64,000 bases of DNA from assembly GCA_963731295.1 (NCBI GenBank), contig CAVSUP010000006.1:140827-204826 (forward strand). The letters run 5' to 3'. The stretch is from an uncultured Actinomycetota bacterium. Lineage in GTDB: Bacteria > Actinomycetota > Actinomycetes > Propionibacteriales > Propionibacteriaceae. Both the position numbers and the translations under genes were made by a program. Below are positions 62,066 to 64,000 of this stretch, piece by piece. The notes below the pieces were generated by a model. The model searched no databases. It was not told the DNA's origin and saw nothing but the letters and a program-made list of their open reading frames with translations. The number at the start of each line of letters is the position of its first letter. Position 1 is the first letter of the stretch.

Positions 62066-62781
62066 GCCGCGCTCGTCCTGGTGTGAAGCCCCAGATCATT
62101 CGCCCGATAGCGACCGCTCGGCCGCTCGGACCCGACCAGATCGATGATCAGCGGGGCCACGGACTCGGGCTCCGGTCGATCGCTGATGTCCTCGCCGGGA
62201 AAGGCCGCCTGGTGCATGGCGGTCCGCAGGTCACCCGGATCCACCGCGTACCAGGTGAACTGCGGCAACTCCGCCGCCCAGGTCAAGGTCTGATGATCAA
62301 GAGCGGCCTTGGTCGACCCGTAGCCACCCCAGGTCTCGTAGTGCTCAACGCCGGCATCGGAGGACACGTTGATGATCACCGCCCCGGAGCCCAGCCGGTC
62401 GAGAGCCGCCCGGATCAGTTGCTGGGGCGCGACGACATTGGTGCGGAAGAGCCGCTCGTACGCCGGCCCGTCGAGTTGACCGAGCGCCGGCAAGGGCGAA
62501 CCGCCCAGCTCACTCGCGTTGTTGATGATCAGATCGATCGGCCCGACCGACGCCGCGGTGGCGATCAGCGCCGACCGGTGATCGCGTTCGGTGACATCGC
62601 CGGCAACGGCACGAACTGTCTGTCGTGGGACCGTCGCGGTCTCGCGGAGCTGCTGCGCGGTCCGGTCCAGGGCCGCAGCATCCCGGGCGTCGATCGTGAT
62701 GTGCCACCCCTGCCGGACCAGCTCCAGGGCCAAGGCCCGGCCCAGCCCGATCGAGCCGCCGGTGATCAGTGCGTTCTTCAT
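62062..62781 (-). CDS. SDR family oxidoreductase coupled to queA-like gene
   Basis: ITGGSIGLG, NNAS, YGSTK, VDPGDLRT; ATGA overlap with queA-like start. Confidence 0.9.
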   Translation of the reverse strand: MKNALITGGSIGLGRALALELVRQGWHITIDARDAAALDRTAQQLRETATVPRQTVRAVAGDVTERDHRSALIATAASVGPIDLIINNASELGGSPLPALGQLDGPAYERLFRTNVVAPQQLIRAALDRLGSGAVIINVSSDAGVEHYETWGGYGSTKAALDHQTLTWAAELPQFTWYAVDPGDLRTAMHQAAFPGEDISDRPEPESVAPLIIDLVGSERPSGRYRANDLGLHTRTSAA

Positions 62782-62809
62782 ACCTACCTCCAAAGAATGA
62801 TCGAATTCC

Positions 62810-62840
62810 AGTGTTCAACTTCAAGTAAGCTTGAGGTCAA
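62810..62840 (-). promoter_or_regulatory. MerR/SoxR-type promoter with 19 bp spacer and SoxR-box-like dyad
   Basis: Minus strand TTGACC-N19-AACACT; dyad CTTCAAGTAAGCTTGAGG (62819-62836) matches CCTCAAGTTAACTTGAGG at 15/18. Confidence 0.75.
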
Positions 62841-62885
62841 GTCCCGGACCCGACTCCGTCGGGCGAGCGCGGTAGGGTCGCCGCC

Positions 62886-63773
62886 ATGAAGGGCCAGCGC
62901 ACGGCACTGATTACCGGTGGTAATCGGGGGATCGGCTATGCGCTCGTCGAGGCCCTGGCGCGATCCGGCTGGCGGGTGATCTTCACCGCCCGTGATCAGC
63001 GGCGGGGGGCCATGGCCCACGCCCGGCTGTGCGGTCAGCTTCCGACCGCAGCGATCGAGTGGCGGCCCTGCGACCTGGCCTCGCCGATCTCGGTTCGCGC
63101 GTTGGCCCGGGAGCTGGTCGAAAGCGCCGAAGCCATCGATGCGCTGGTGCACAACGCGGGCGTGTTGCGCTCACCCGAGCAGCGCACCCTCACTCCTGAC
63201 GGTGTCGAGCTGACGCTGGCCACCAACACGCTCGGACCGCTGCTGCTCACCCGGGAACTGCTCCCCGGACTGATCCGGGCTCCGCACTCCCGGGTCGTCT
63301 CGGTGACGTCGCGACTGCACACCGTGGGTTCCCGGGGCGCACCGGTGAATTTCGACTTCGACGATCCCTACCTCGAACACGACTATCACCGTGACCGGGC
63401 GTACAAGAATTCGAAGCTGGCCTTGATCTGGGTCAGTAACGCGCTGCAGCGCCGGCTGCCCTCCCAGATCACCAGCGTCGCCGTCTGTCCCGGCTTCGTG
63501 CCCAGCACCGCCGCCGCGTACACCTCCGGTGCGCAGAAGTTGATCATGAAGATGGTGCTGCCGCGGTTGGCCTTCGCGACGTCGGTGGCCGAGGCGGCGG
63601 CCAACCTGGCCTGGGCGGTCGAGAGCCCAGATCTCGACGAACTCAGCGGTGTCTACGTCGTCGAGCGCACGGTCTCAGCCCCCAGCCCGCAGGCGCAGAG
63701 CCTGGACGATTCGGAGCGGTTCTGGTCCTGGGCCGAAGACCACCTTGGTCTCCCGCCGTGGCCCGTGCCGTAA
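62886..63773 (+). CDS. SDR family oxidoreductase (retinol dehydrogenase-like)
   Basis: TGGNRGIG, HNAG, SRLH, YKNSK, CPGFV. Confidence 0.9.
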   Translation: MKGQRTALITGGNRGIGYALVEALARSGWRVIFTARDQRRGAMAHARLCGQLPTAAIEWRPCDLASPISVRALARELVESAEAIDALVHNAGVLRSPEQRTLTPDGVELTLATNTLGPLLLTRELLPGLIRAPHSRVVSVTSRLHTVGSRGAPVNFDFDDPYLEHDYHRDRAYKNSKLALIWVSNALQRRLPSQITSVAVCPGFVPSTAAAYTSGAQKLIMKMVLPRLAFATSVAEAAANLAWAVESPDLDELSGVYVVERTVSAPSPQAQSLDDSERFWSWAEDHLGLPPWPVP

Positions 63774-63831
63774 CGATCCCCTCGCTCGACCGGCCTGTGG
63801 ATCGGGGTTGATCGGGCGTCATACTGGCGCC

Positions 63832-64000
63832 ATGACCAGGCGCGACGAAGATCCGGGCCCCGGCTTCCTGCGCTGGCGATCCTGGGGTGCCGCCGAGCGG
63901 CGGGCGCTGCTGCTGCACGGATCAGGTTCGTCGTCAGCGACATGGTGGCGGGTCGCCCATCAACTGGGAGCGGCCGGGTGGCGCGTGAAGGCGCCGGACC
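63832..64000 (+). CDS. Alpha/beta hydrolase, 5' part (runs off window)
   Basis: MTRRDE...RALLLHGSGSSSATWWRVAHQL...WRVKAPD; CATACT hexamer 6 nt before ATG. Confidence 0.75.
   Translation, partial: MTRRDEDPGPGFLRWRSWGAAERRALLLHGSGSSSATWWRVAHQLGAAGWRVKAPD

Overview
A 64 kb window of high-GC Actinomycetota chromosome. Gene content and repeat family suggest Propionibacteriales (Microlunatus-like), which is an inference. I saw no rRNA, tRNA, CRISPR array, integrase or transposase. From left to right it holds: ABC ATPases; a MazEF/PemK toxin-antitoxin module between two ~105 bp copies of the promoter and 5' end of a YciI/ECF42-type sigma operon; three arrays of one REP/BIME-like palindrome family (6.6, 18.2, 33.2 kb); a zinc-ribbon + 5x beta-sandwich + TM protein; an APH-kinase/class III aminotransferase fusion; an L,D-transpeptidase; map; xth; a tetritol (erythritol/threitol) uptake and catabolic locus; pntAAB; an Asp-box lipoprotein; an ABC exporter pair with TetR; a co-oriented run of circularly permuted ATP-grasp, alpha-E, transglutaminase, membrane patatin, Gln/Pro-rich YbjQ and DUF5302; lysS; and an SDR-queA-like-DUF4395 run behind a SoxR/MerR-type promoter with a 19 bp spacer. 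Five genes, including lysS, are broken by six single-base insertions, all +1, most likely assembly errors. The best novelty candidates are the SoxR-box/queA-like operon, the extended ATP-grasp/transglutaminase cluster, the duplication-flanked TA islet, the orphan repeat protein resembling contractile-injection-system accessory proteins, and the mosaic REP arrays. All family assignments come from motif recognition by eye, not database searches.
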